Of a DNA stretch of 64,000 bases, positions 19,374 through 27,591 are shown piece by piece (positions within the stretch are counted from its first letter, which is position 1; every line of letters starts with the position of its first letter). The position numbers and the translations under genes were made by a program. Source of the DNA: Candidatus Colwellbacteria bacterium (GTDB lineage Bacteria; Patescibacteriota; Minisyncoccia; UBA6257; Colwellbacteraceae); the NCBI GenBank assembly GCA_016176525.1, contig JACOWZ010000003.1:320001-384000 (forward strand), given 5' to 3'. The notes beneath the pieces were generated by a model. That model did not search any database. It was not told the origin of the DNA and saw nothing but the letters and a program-made list of their open reading frames with translations.

Positions 19374-19922
19374 TTATCTTATTTTCTTATACATCAATAT
19401 CCCGTCAGTATATTTATTTCTGCGGAAAAGCCCTCTCGGTAACCGCCCATATTCCTTGAAGCCGAATTTTTTGTAGAGATTTTTCGCAATTTTGTTTATT
19501 GCGAATACTTCTAGAGTGATTATTTTTAGTTCCTTGAGATTTTCTCTGGATTCTTGCAATAATAATTTCATTAGAAGTTTGCCTAAACCTTTTCCGCGAA
19601 AATCTTTCGCAACAGCTGCGCCTAAGCCCCCTATATGTTTTTGAGCTCCACTATTTAAGTGGATATCGGTGCTACCGATAATTTCGTTTTTATGTAAAGC
19701 CATAAGTTTAATCATACTTTTACGTTTTATGTCTTTAATCCATTTTTTAAGTAATTTTTTTTCTTCCTTGAGGCTTAACTGTTTTCCTTGGATCATTAAA
19801 AAAGACTTTTCTTTAGAAATTTTGTTTATAAAATTGCGCGCAGTCTTAGCGTCGCTAATTTTTGGGTAGCGAATTATTATATCTTTGCCATCAATTTTTC
19901 CTCTCCAGACAATTTTATTCAT
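19374..19922 (-). CDS. GNAT-family N-acetyltransferase
   Basis: RGKGLGKLLMKLL acetyl-CoA binding motif. Confidence 0.7.
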   Translation of the reverse strand: MNKIVWRGKIDGKDIIIRYPKISDAKTARNFINKISKEKSFLMIQGKQLSLKEEKKLLKKWIKDIKRKSMIKLMALHKNEIIGSTDIHLNSGAQKHIGGLGAAVAKDFRGKGLGKLLMKLLLQESRENLKELKIITLEVFAINKIAKNLYKKFGFKEYGRLPRGLFRRNKYTDGILMYKKIR

Positions 19923-20006
19923 ATTGATATTATAACGTTTTTTTATCTTTTCGCGTTTCCGTTTGTTTTGGTGCTACTGAATGAATTCAAGAGTTAATTC
20001 ATGAGT

Positions 20007-20036
20007 TGACAATTTGGTTATTTTATTATATATTGT
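20007..20036 (+). promoter_or_regulatory. sigma70-like promoter (TTGACA-17-TATATT)
   Basis: TTGACAatttggttattttattaTATATT lies in the divergent intergenic region upstream of the conserved leader motif. Confidence 0.4.
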
Positions 20037-20161
20037 TTTGCGTTAGAGTGTGAGCTCCAAGGAAGACTAAAAAGCTCGCGTTCTTTAATATAAGAAAACA
20101 AAAGAGGTGAAGAAAACTGGAGTACGATATCCGGCAGGTAGCGGAAATTGCTGCTGGGGTT

Positions 20162-20794
20162 GTGGCTCTGGTGGCATTTGTTCCGTACATCGCGTCCATT
20201 TTGGGCAAAACCCGGCACAGGACTCGGCCAAGTCAGGCAACCTGGTTTGTGCTTAGCCTTACAGCCGCTATAACTCTTGCAAGTTATAGCGCGGCAGTGC
20301 ACGGAGCTGCAATTTGGATTGCGAGGGGCTATGTTGTAGGCACAATTGTCGTTTTTCTACTTTCCCTAAAGTTTGGCAGGGGTCCGCTAACAAAGGCGGG
20401 CCGCACAAACGGAGTGGGGATGGAAAGACCCGGCTATGTAGCTTACGACAAAGCCAAGGCGCGCGAAGCAGTTGCCAACGTAGTTGCTCTTATCGGGTGC
20501 CTGGGTACGCTTGCACTTTGGGCGAGCACCGAATCCGCGGAGTTTGCACTTCTTGCGATTTTGGCAACCGACCTTGTTGGGCTTGTGCCTACGTTTGTAA
20601 ATGTTTGGGTGCATCCCAAAGAAGAGCACGCAATTGCCTGGGCAATGAGCTCTTGGGCGAGCTTGATTGCGCTAATGGTTGTTGTGGCAGACGGTTGGAT
20701 CTTCTTGGACGCCGCCTACCCGTTCTACATCTGGGTTACAAGCGGTGCGATTGCACTCTTGGGCCTGCGAAGAGAACGCATCTCTACCCCCTAA
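20162..20794 (+). CDS. polytopic membrane protein (hypothetical); may start further upstream (CTG at ~20117)
   Basis: About 6 predicted TM helices; GC-rich relative to flanks; the in-frame upstream extension is hydrophobic. Confidence 0.5.
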   Translation: MALVAFVPYIASILGKTRHRTRPSQATWFVLSLTAAITLASYSAAVHGAAIWIARGYVVGTIVVFLLSLKFGRGPLTKAGRTNGVGMERPGYVAYDKAKAREAVANVVALIGCLGTLALWASTESAEFALLAILATDLVGLVPTFVNVWVHPKEEHAIAWAMSSWASLIALMVVVADGWIFLDAAYPFYIWVTSGAIALLGLRRERISTP

Positions 20795-20795
20795 C

Positions 20796-20834
20796 CCGCC
20801 GTGATGGATTCACATCTGTCTCGGCGGTTTTTTT
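20796..20834 (+). terminator. rho-independent terminator
   Basis: CCGCCG...CGGCGG hairpin followed by TTTTTTTGTTGTTTTTT. Confidence 0.5.
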
Positions 20835-20860
20835 GTTGTTTTTTAGTATAATAAAAGTAA

Positions 20861-21064
20861 ATGAAATTGGATGTTTTAATTAGTATAATGGTTCTAATTG
20901 TTACTGGTGGATTGCTTTTGTATTTTGCGGTTGCTAGCCCAAGCGAACCCGACGTAGATAAGACCCAGGATTCTACAAACCCAGCAGGTTATCTTGGCCC
21001 AAACTACACGAGTCTGCCCGACGAAGATTTTTATAATATTATTCAATCTATGACCGCGCAGTAG
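20861..21064 (+). CDS. small N-terminally anchored membrane protein (paralog 1)
   Basis: 67 aa; TM helix MKLDVLISIMVLIVTGGLLLYF; TATAAT box 10 nt upstream. Confidence 0.45.
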   Translation: MKLDVLISIMVLIVTGGLLLYFAVASPSEPDVDKTQDSTNPAGYLGPNYTSLPDEDFYNIIQSMTAQ

Positions 21065-21097
21065 GCCGTGTCCCACGAAGCAATCTCTACCCATCTA

Positions 21098-21130
21098 CTC
21101 CGACGACATCTCGTCGGAGTCTTCTTTTAT
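21098..21130 (+). terminator. rho-independent terminator
   Basis: CTCCGACGAcatcTCGTCGGAG hairpin followed by TCTTCTTTTATTGTTTTT. Confidence 0.5.
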
Positions 21131-21151
21131 TGTTTTTAGTATAATAAAAGT

Positions 21152-21442
21152 ATGAGATTGATTGTTTTAATAGTGGTTGCAATTTTAATTATCGCGGGTG
21201 GAGTTTTGCTTTGGTATTATGTTTCGCAATCGGGGCCCAACAATCTAACAGAACCTCCATTAACTGAACTTACAAAAGAACAACGGGAACTCCTAGAGCG
21301 CCTGCGCGGCACTCCAAAGTCTGACCCTGGCGCCCAAGAGAAACAACTTACCGAGCTGGAGCAACAAATAGCAGGTGAAGGCGGAGAGCCGCTAACCTAT
21401 GCAGAAATTCAGGAACTTATGCAAAAAATGCGCTCGCAATAA
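21152..21442 (+). CDS. small N-terminally anchored membrane protein (paralog 2)
   Basis: 96 aa; TM helix MRLIVLIVVAILIIAGGVLLWYY; same promoter sequence as paralog 1. Confidence 0.45.
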   Translation: MRLIVLIVVAILIIAGGVLLWYYVSQSGPNNLTEPPLTELTKEQRELLERLRGTPKSDPGAQEKQLTELEQQIAGEGGEPLTYAEIQELMQKMRSQ

Positions 21443-21458
21443 TATATAATAAATATAT

Positions 21459-22754
21459 ATGAGAAAAACATTAATAATATCAGCAGTTTTTATAGCAATA
21501 TTAGGTTTTGTAAACATAAGTGTGGCTGCTTGGAATCCGCCGCAGGGTAATCCGCCAAGTGCAAATACTTCTCAACCCATAAATATCGGTACCACAGTCC
21601 AAACCAAACAAGGAGGCCTAATAGTTGGCTCTGTTGCCGGTGGTTTGGGTATAGGCAATGGCAATCTTGTTGTTCAATCTGGCGCGGTTATAACCCCAAC
21701 ACTGCAAGTTACCTCTGGCGCACAAACCGGTAGAGTTTTGACATCTGATGCTTCCGGCAATGCCACTTGGCAGGCACCAACAGGCACCACATATTCGGCT
21801 GGTTACGGACTTACTCTTTCGGGCACAACCTTTAGTGTAAACACTGGTGTCATCCAAAACAGAGTGACTGGCGCCTGCTCACCAGGCAATGCTATCAGGG
21901 CAATAGATGCAAACGGCAATGTAACTTGTGAACTAGATGATGCAGGCGGAGGCAGCGGCACAGTCACTCGAGTTGACACAGGTAACGGCCTACAAGGAGG
22001 CCCGATTACCACATCTGGCACAATCTCCATTAACGCCCCTGCTTGTGCAGGCAATGAGTACAGTAGATGGACAGGTTCTTCTTGGGTTTGTGGTACAGAC
22101 CAAGTCGGCGGTGGTGGCGGTGGAGGAGGAGTCGGCGGCAGCGGCACCGCAAACTGGATACCGAAGTGGACTGGCACAGGCCAGCTTGGCAACTCAATTA
22201 TTTTTGAAAGTGGTAACGAGATACAGGTAAAAAGAGGTAGCGATTATTTAGGGTTTGGCCCAAATAGAGACAACGCCGGCTACAACGACATAGCTTCTAT
22301 CATAGGCGGTGGTTGGGGAAATTTGATATTAAACAGAGGCGGGGGAAGAGTTGGCGTAGGAAAAACGAATCCGGCGGGCACGTTTGATGTTGCCGGCTCG
22401 CTGTGTATTTCTGGAGACTGCAGAACAAGTTGGCCTTCTGGCGGCGGTGGTGGGTCAACACAGATTAAGACATTTGATCGGATAGTGGATTGTAACGGTG
22501 ACTGTTCCGGTCTTGTAAAAACATATTGCGAAAACACTCGGTCGGGTTCTTACCCCATCGCTGTGTCTTGTGAAGATCCTCAGACTAGAGCTGGGAATAG
22601 TCCCGGTAGTTGTGGAGGAAGCACGGGCTCTTCAAGTTGCACTGACAGCACTGCTGCGGCTAGTTGGGGAGGCAGTTTTGGAGAATATGGGCTTGGAGCA
22701 TTTTGCAAAGATACTGGCGGAACTGACGCCATAATATTCTGCGCTTATCCATAA
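21459..22754 (+). CDS. secreted Gly-rich tail-fibre-like protein with Cys-rich C-terminus
   Basis: Signal peptide; SDASGNATWQAPTG, GYGLTLSGTTFSVNTG, IPKWTGTGQLGNS motifs typical of fibre/collar-type repeats; poly-Gly tract; about 10 Cys in the last 120 aa. Confidence 0.5.
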   Translation: MRKTLIISAVFIAILGFVNISVAAWNPPQGNPPSANTSQPINIGTTVQTKQGGLIVGSVAGGLGIGNGNLVVQSGAVITPTLQVTSGAQTGRVLTSDASGNATWQAPTGTTYSAGYGLTLSGTTFSVNTGVIQNRVTGACSPGNAIRAIDANGNVTCELDDAGGGSGTVTRVDTGNGLQGGPITTSGTISINAPACAGNEYSRWTGSSWVCGTDQVGGGGGGGGVGGSGTANWIPKWTGTGQLGNSIIFESGNEIQVKRGSDYLGFGPNRDNAGYNDIASIIGGGWGNLILNRGGGRVGVGKTNPAGTFDVAGSLCISGDCRTSWPSGGGGGSTQIKTFDRIVDCNGDCSGLVKTYCENTRSGSYPIAVSCEDPQTRAGNSPGSCGGSTGSSSCTDSTAAASWGGSFGEYGLGAFCKDTGGTDAIIFCAYP

Positions 22755-22777
22755 ATAAAAAAAACGCTCTAAGTTTG

Positions 22778-23248
22778 TTAGAGCGTTACGGTTTCGGTGT
22801 ACGTCCCGGTTCTCCCTTGTTTATCAACCACTTTTAGTGTTACTTCGTATGTTCCGGTGGAAGCATACGTGTGGCTGACTACTTCGCTTGTCGTTTTATT
22901 TCCATCGCCGAAGTCCCACTCCCAGCTTTCTATGTTGTAATTCGGGTGCGCCCAGTGAAACTGGCAGGAGAGGGAATCGCTTTCGCAGTTATACGCGAAC
23001 CATGGAGGTGGGTATTCTTCCTCTGGTGAAGTAGCTTCGTAGAGCTCTCCTTCTGTAGGTGTAGGCGACGGGGATGTTGTGCCGGAGTCTTGGGAGTTTT
23101 GCGAGAACGGGTTGAAGCTTTCCGGAATACTCCCGGAAATTTCTCCGCCGGTCATCGCCGAAACCGCCAGCATTGTGCCTAGGGTTACAACAAACGAGGT
23201 TACCGCGCTTGTTGCAATGGTTGCTACTATTTTTGCCACTTGGTTCAC
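22778..23248 (-). CDS. secreted PKD-domain protein
   Basis: WDFGDGNKTTSEVVSHTY...GTYEVTLKVVDKQG is the PKD consensus; N-terminal TM/signal. Confidence 0.65.
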   Translation of the reverse strand: MNQVAKIVATIATSAVTSFVVTLGTMLAVSAMTGGEISGSIPESFNPFSQNSQDSGTTSPSPTPTEGELYEATSPEEEYPPPWFAYNCESDSLSCQFHWAHPNYNIESWEWDFGDGNKTTSEVVSHTYASTGTYEVTLKVVDKQGRTGTYTETVTL

Positions 23249-23300
23249 CTCTTAAAGAACTTTTCACCAAAATACCAGTTAATAGTTTACTTGTCAAGTT

Positions 23301-24002
23301 TTGCAGCGGATTACATTACTATATAATATATGTGTTGTGGAACAAGAATATCAGGAAAAGAAGTCAAACTCTTACTTTTTGCCGGTTTCTATTATTATCG
23401 CCGGCGCGTTTATTGCGAGTGCGATTTATTTTGGTGGCGGTTCTAGTAGCTCGCAGAATGCAAATGTTATCGCGGGTTTAGTAGATACTAAAGATTGGCC
23501 TGTGGTCGGCGTGGCAGATGCGCCGGTTACTATAATTGAATATGCAGATTTTACATGCCCATATTGTACAAGATTTGCTCTAGAAATAATGCCGCTTATA
23601 AAACGTGACTATATTGATACGGGCAAAGTGCGACTTGTGTATAAAGATTTTATTGCCGTGGGGGGTCAGAAGGCTGCGGAGGCCGCGCATTGCGCCGTAG
23701 AGCAAGGTAAGTTTTGGCAATATCACGATCTGTTGTTTGAGCGCAACGCCGAGGATAGGGGTTCGTGGCACGGCGTAGAGGTCCACCGAGACTACGCCGA
23801 AACTCTAGGGTTAGATGTGGGTGCGCTTGTAGAGTGTTTCCAGTCTGGGCGCTATCAAGAGAAGGTTGAAACTTCTACCAAAGAAGCGCGCGCTTTTGGC
23901 GCCACTGGCACTCCGTTTTTTATTGTTAACAACAGGCCAATATTGGGCGCCCAGCCGTATGTGGTATTTCAAGAAGCAATAGAATTCGCCTTGTCTAATT
24001 GA
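23301..24002 (+). CDS. DsbA-like thioredoxin-fold thiol:disulfide oxidoreductase (start probably downstream, GTG ~23337)
   Basis: FTCPYC active site; membrane anchor; a TATAAT box lies inside the first codons of the track ORF. Confidence 0.75.
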   Translation: MQRITLLYNICVVEQEYQEKKSNSYFLPVSIIIAGAFIASAIYFGGGSSSSQNANVIAGLVDTKDWPVVGVADAPVTIIEYADFTCPYCTRFALEIMPLIKRDYIDTGKVRLVYKDFIAVGGQKAAEAAHCAVEQGKFWQYHDLLFERNAEDRGSWHGVEVHRDYAETLGLDVGALVECFQSGRYQEKVETSTKEARAFGATGTPFFIVNNRPILGAQPYVVFQEAIEFALSN

Positions 24003-24094
24003 TTTGACAACTCAATAACTTTGTGCTAGATTAGTTTGTGTTAGATGCGAGCCTAAAGAGCTCGCGTTCTTTTAAAACAAAAGAGGTGAAGGAA

Positions 24095-24277
24095 ATGGGT
24101 GACTGGGTTGAATGTGGTACATGCGATGGGACCGGAGTTGTAACATGTGGTCGTTGCGATGGCGATGGCCAGATGGAACACGACGGCAAGTACGAAGATT
24201 GCTACCAATGCGGCGGCGATGGCGAGCAAACCTGTGTAATTTGCCATGGAAAAGGTGAAAACTACAGCTACACATAG
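24095..24277 (+). CDS. 60-aa Cys-rich protein, four CxxCxGxG repeats (DnaJ CR-type zinc finger-like)
   Basis: MGDWVECGTCDGTGVVTCGRCDGDGQ..CYQCGGDG..CVICHGKG; ATG 7 nt after GAGGTGAAGG. The track ORF starts upstream at 24038, but the SD placement supports 24095. Confidence 0.5.
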   Translation: MGDWVECGTCDGTGVVTCGRCDGDGQMEHDGKYEDCYQCGGDGEQTCVICHGKGENYSYT

Positions 24278-24335
24278 GCAAAACAAGCTCCTTATTGTAC
24301 GAGGAGCTATTTTTATTCTAGAATCTAGATATATT

Positions 24336-25541
24336 ATGAAGCTTATAAAAAAGAAAAAATGTCCTCACTGCGAACCGATTGATATATATTTACCACACTC
24401 TATGGCATATATTCACTCATCCATAGTAAGTGTTTGTAATTCAGCATATAAGAAACTTATACAGAACAGTTTCTCTAATAGAATATCACTGATCGGAAAT
24501 TATATTGAAAAAGGGTTTATTAGTTTCTTGGTTAAGTTTTTATCTTTTATAAAACTAGGGCGTTTTGTACTTATTAATAAGGCTGTTATAGAAAATCTTC
24601 CCAGAAAAACAGCCTTGATAGCGCAAGAGGCGATAAAGCGCGGATATAAGATAGAATATTTCCAATTTTTAAATAGAATTACGAATATTTTTAGATTTAA
24701 TTATGGCGGTGGGAGTTTTTTGTTCTTATCCTCGCCGCTTTTAAATTTTTCTAAGTTTGATAATCCTAAAATTAACTTTACTGATAAATATGAATTTAAG
24801 AAATTTTTAATGTCTTTAAACCTTCCGCATCCTCAAGGTAAATCTTTTATTAGTTCTAAATCGGCATTAAAATATGCAGCGGATTTAGGATTTCCTATTG
24901 TAGTTAAACCAACTTCCGGCTCTTTAAGCAGACATACAACGGTTGGTATTGCTGATATTCCCGAACTTAAAAATGCTATAAGAGTAGCTAAGATGCTAGG
25001 GCCGAGGTTTATTGTAGAAAAATTTATTGAAGGCGATGTTTACCGCGGTGTAGTTATAGGGAATAAATTTGTCGCTGCCGCCAGGCGAGAGCCTCCAAGT
25101 ATTGTAGGCGACGGAGTGTGTACCATTTCACAATTAATTGAACTAAAAGATAAAAATACCCGTAAGCAAAATAGTGTACTCGCCAAACAATTTCTTAAGT
25201 CGCGGGGCGTAAATATAGAAACAATCCCCGAATTAGGCGAGAAAATATCTATTTATAACAAAGTTATTCTAGCGGCGGGAGGAGATATTCATGATGTTAC
25301 CAACGCAATTCATAAAGAAAACATTGCTTTATTAGAACGTATTAGTAAATTACTAGAAACATCACTAGTAGGGTTTGATTTTATAACAACAAACATATCC
25401 AAACCTTGGCATACCACGCCTTTTGCGATAATAGAGGCGAATAATGACCCACACTTTGATATGCATTATTATCCAACATCAGGCAAAACCATAAATGTGG
25501 CTAAATTTATATTAGATGAAGTAGAGGAAACAGTTATTTAA
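24336..25541 (+). CDS. ATP-grasp ligase resembling the N-terminal half of cyanophycin synthetase (CphA-N-like)
   Basis: PIVVKPTSGS, IVGDGVCTISQLIELKDKNTRK, GGDIHDVTNAIHKEN, GFDFITTNISKPW, AIIEANNDPHFDMHY follow the CphA ATP-grasp pattern; N-terminal CPHC. The start is taken at MKLIKKKK rather than the track's 24246. Confidence 0.6.
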   Translation: MKLIKKKKCPHCEPIDIYLPHSMAYIHSSIVSVCNSAYKKLIQNSFSNRISLIGNYIEKGFISFLVKFLSFIKLGRFVLINKAVIENLPRKTALIAQEAIKRGYKIEYFQFLNRITNIFRFNYGGGSFLFLSSPLLNFSKFDNPKINFTDKYEFKKFLMSLNLPHPQGKSFISSKSALKYAADLGFPIVVKPTSGSLSRHTTVGIADIPELKNAIRVAKMLGPRFIVEKFIEGDVYRGVVIGNKFVAAARREPPSIVGDGVCTISQLIELKDKNTRKQNSVLAKQFLKSRGVNIETIPELGEKISIYNKVILAAGGDIHDVTNAIHKENIALLERISKLLETSLVGFDFITTNISKPWHTTPFAIIEANNDPHFDMHYYPTSGKTINVAKFILDEVEETVI

Positions 25542-25584
25542 TCTCCACACGCGGGATTTGTAGTTGTGGGGTATAATTTTATTT

Positions 25585-26424
25585 ATGTCTGGGGAATATA
25601 ATCGAGATCTTTCTCTTAGTAATTTTTTACTTGTTGATGAATGCTTATTAGATGTTAGGCGCGTTTCTTTTTTTAAGAATGCTATAGATAGAGTAGTTAA
25701 GCCTGGATATGTAGTTGTAGATGGTGGGACAGGCACAGGAATTATTGCTTTGTTTGCAGCAAAGCGCGGGGCAAGGGTTTATGCTGTGGAACGCGATAGA
25801 GATATTTCTAGGATCACAGAACAAAATGTACATAGCAATGGATTTAGTAAGAAGATTCAAGTTATAAATAAAGATATTAGGGATTTCAAATTGCCTCGCA
25901 GGTTACACGCTGATGTAGTAGCTATGGAAATGTTAGATACGTGGCTTGTTGCTGAACAACAAGCCCCGGCTATTATAGCCTTAAAGAAAAATGGAGTTAT
26001 AACCAATGATACTATTTTGTTGCCAGATAGAATGAGTTGTTTGATAAGAATTGTCAATTATGATTTTGATTTTTATGATTTTGAAATACCTATTGTAATG
26101 CAAGCTAGAAACTTTGGAGCAGTTAAAAGGGTTAAGGAAGTTGTAAGTAATTTTCTAGATTGTTTATCTATAGATCTAAAATCTATTAGTAATACAAAGA
26201 TAGATATTAATATATCGATTCCCGCAATTAGGAATGGTATAATAAATGCTGTAGAGTTAAGTTCGGATATATATCTTGATGGTAGAAAATATAAGAGCAC
26301 ATCAGATATGAATATGCCTGTTATTGTGCCTATTAAAAGGAGAAGAGTTAAAAAGGGCGATAAAGTAAGATTAAATATTAATTATCAAATGGGTCGTGGA
26401 TTTGGTGAGTTTAAAATAAACTAA
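25585..26424 (+). CDS. class I SAM-dependent methyltransferase, PRMT-like
   Basis: VVVDGGTGTGIIALFAAKRGARVYAVE (motif I plus the YAVE of PRMTs), DVVAMEML; start ATG 9 nt after TATAAT. Confidence 0.55.
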   Translation: MSGEYNRDLSLSNFLLVDECLLDVRRVSFFKNAIDRVVKPGYVVVDGGTGTGIIALFAAKRGARVYAVERDRDISRITEQNVHSNGFSKKIQVINKDIRDFKLPRRLHADVVAMEMLDTWLVAEQQAPAIIALKKNGVITNDTILLPDRMSCLIRIVNYDFDFYDFEIPIVMQARNFGAVKRVKEVVSNFLDCLSIDLKSISNTKIDINISIPAIRNGIINAVELSSDIYLDGRKYKSTSDMNMPVIVPIKRRRVKKGDKVRLNINYQMGRGFGEFKIN

Positions 26425-26427
26425 TCT

Positions 26428-27258
26428 ATGCATTTAATTACACATCTGTTTAAGCTCTTAACCAGAAGTTTGGTTGCTAAAATATTGATTGCAATTTATT
26501 TATTGCTAGTTATTTTCTGGATTTGGATACAGTATCAAGGATTAACCGAAGGACCTATCAATAACTTATTTGGGGCCTTGTATCCTATAATTTCACTGAC
26601 AGCAGGTTTATATGGACTTTTTATTGCCTCAAAAGAATGGGGTGGTATGAGTAGTTTAATAGGTAAGGGTGTTATTTTTTTATCATTAGGATTGTTGGCC
26701 CAAGTCTTCGGTCAACTAACGTGGAGCTATTTTACTATTATCGCAGGTGTTGAAGTTCCCTATCCATCTATTGCGGATATAGGATATTTCTTAATAATTC
26801 CATTTTATGCCTACGCTATGTATAATTTTGCAAAAGTTGCTGGTGTTAGAGTGGGTTTAAAAACTCTTAGTGGCCAATTACAGGCTATAGTAATTCCCTT
26901 ATTAATGATTGCAGTAGCCTTCACTCTTTTCTTAAAAGATGTTGATTATGACTTTTTAGGAGATCCAATCAGGACATTCTTAGATTTTGGCTATCCAGGT
27001 TTTGAAGCAATTGCTATATCAATAGGTATACTAACCTATTCTCTCTCCAGAAGAGTATTGGGTGGGATTATGCGATCTAGAATTCTTTACTTTGTATTTG
27101 CTCTTGTAGCGGCTTATATAACTGATTATATGTTCTTATATCAAGTTGGAGTTGATACATATTACAATGCTGGGCTTGTTGATTTCATGTATATGACGTC
27201 TTTCTTGATTATGTCTCTTGGTGTGATTTCAATGAGATATCCGAAAGATGGTAAATAA
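26428..27258 (+). CDS. polytopic membrane protein (hypothetical)
   Basis: About 8 hydrophobic helices; last gene of the AT-rich block. Confidence 0.5.
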   Translation: MHLITHLFKLLTRSLVAKILIAIYLLLVIFWIWIQYQGLTEGPINNLFGALYPIISLTAGLYGLFIASKEWGGMSSLIGKGVIFLSLGLLAQVFGQLTWSYFTIIAGVEVPYPSIADIGYFLIIPFYAYAMYNFAKVAGVRVGLKTLSGQLQAIVIPLLMIAVAFTLFLKDVDYDFLGDPIRTFLDFGYPGFEAIAISIGILTYSLSRRVLGGIMRSRILYFVFALVAAYITDYMFLYQVGVDTYYNAGLVDFMYMTSFLIMSLGVISMRYPKDGK

Positions 27259-27263
27259 CCACC

Positions 27264-27545
27264 ATGACAATTTTTGAGCAAATAGCTGGGAAGATAATAA
27301 AAGAGCAGGAGAGGATTATTGGTCCGCTTGCTTGGGATGAGGCAAGTAAGGTGCCGGGCTTGGAAGTTATAAATAAAAAAACAGGAGAGATTATTATACA
27401 CAGTGACGTTAAAGATGTTTTAGACAAACTCGTGGCGCAATACGAGCGGTTATTCGGCCGCGCCAGCCACGAAGTCTGCCGCGAAGCGGCGCACAGTATG
27501 CTCACAGGCATCGCTCCAACAGAAGTGCCGAGCAGTCTTAAATAA
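27264..27545 (+). CDS. hypothetical small protein
   Basis: 93-aa ORF, GC-normal, followed by a terminator. Confidence 0.4.
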   Translation: MTIFEQIAGKIIKEQERIIGPLAWDEASKVPGLEVINKKTGEIIIHSDVKDVLDKLVAQYERLFGRASHEVCREAAHSMLTGIAPTEVPSSLK

Positions 27546-27551
27546 AAAAAA

Positions 27552-27590
27552 CCCCGACTAGACAATAGGTGTCTTAGTCGGGGGTGTTTG
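27552..27590. terminator. bidirectional rho-independent terminator between convergent genes
   Basis: AAAAAAAA-CCCCGACTAGACA..TGTCTTAGTCGGGGG-TGTTTGGTT. Confidence 0.5.
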
Positions 27591-27591
27591 G

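Noticed and set aside
19374-19376. Zero-gap convergent stops of pyrG and the GNAT gene as a possible overlap artefact
   Set aside because: Stop codons are adjacent but not overlapping; unremarkable in a compact genome.
24246-24335. Upstream extension of the ATP-grasp ORF (track start 24246) overlapping the Cys-rich gene
   Set aside because: The overlap with the SD-supported mini-gene, an in-frame ATG at 24336 right after a TATATT box, and the composition shift at ~24300 all favour the shorter start.
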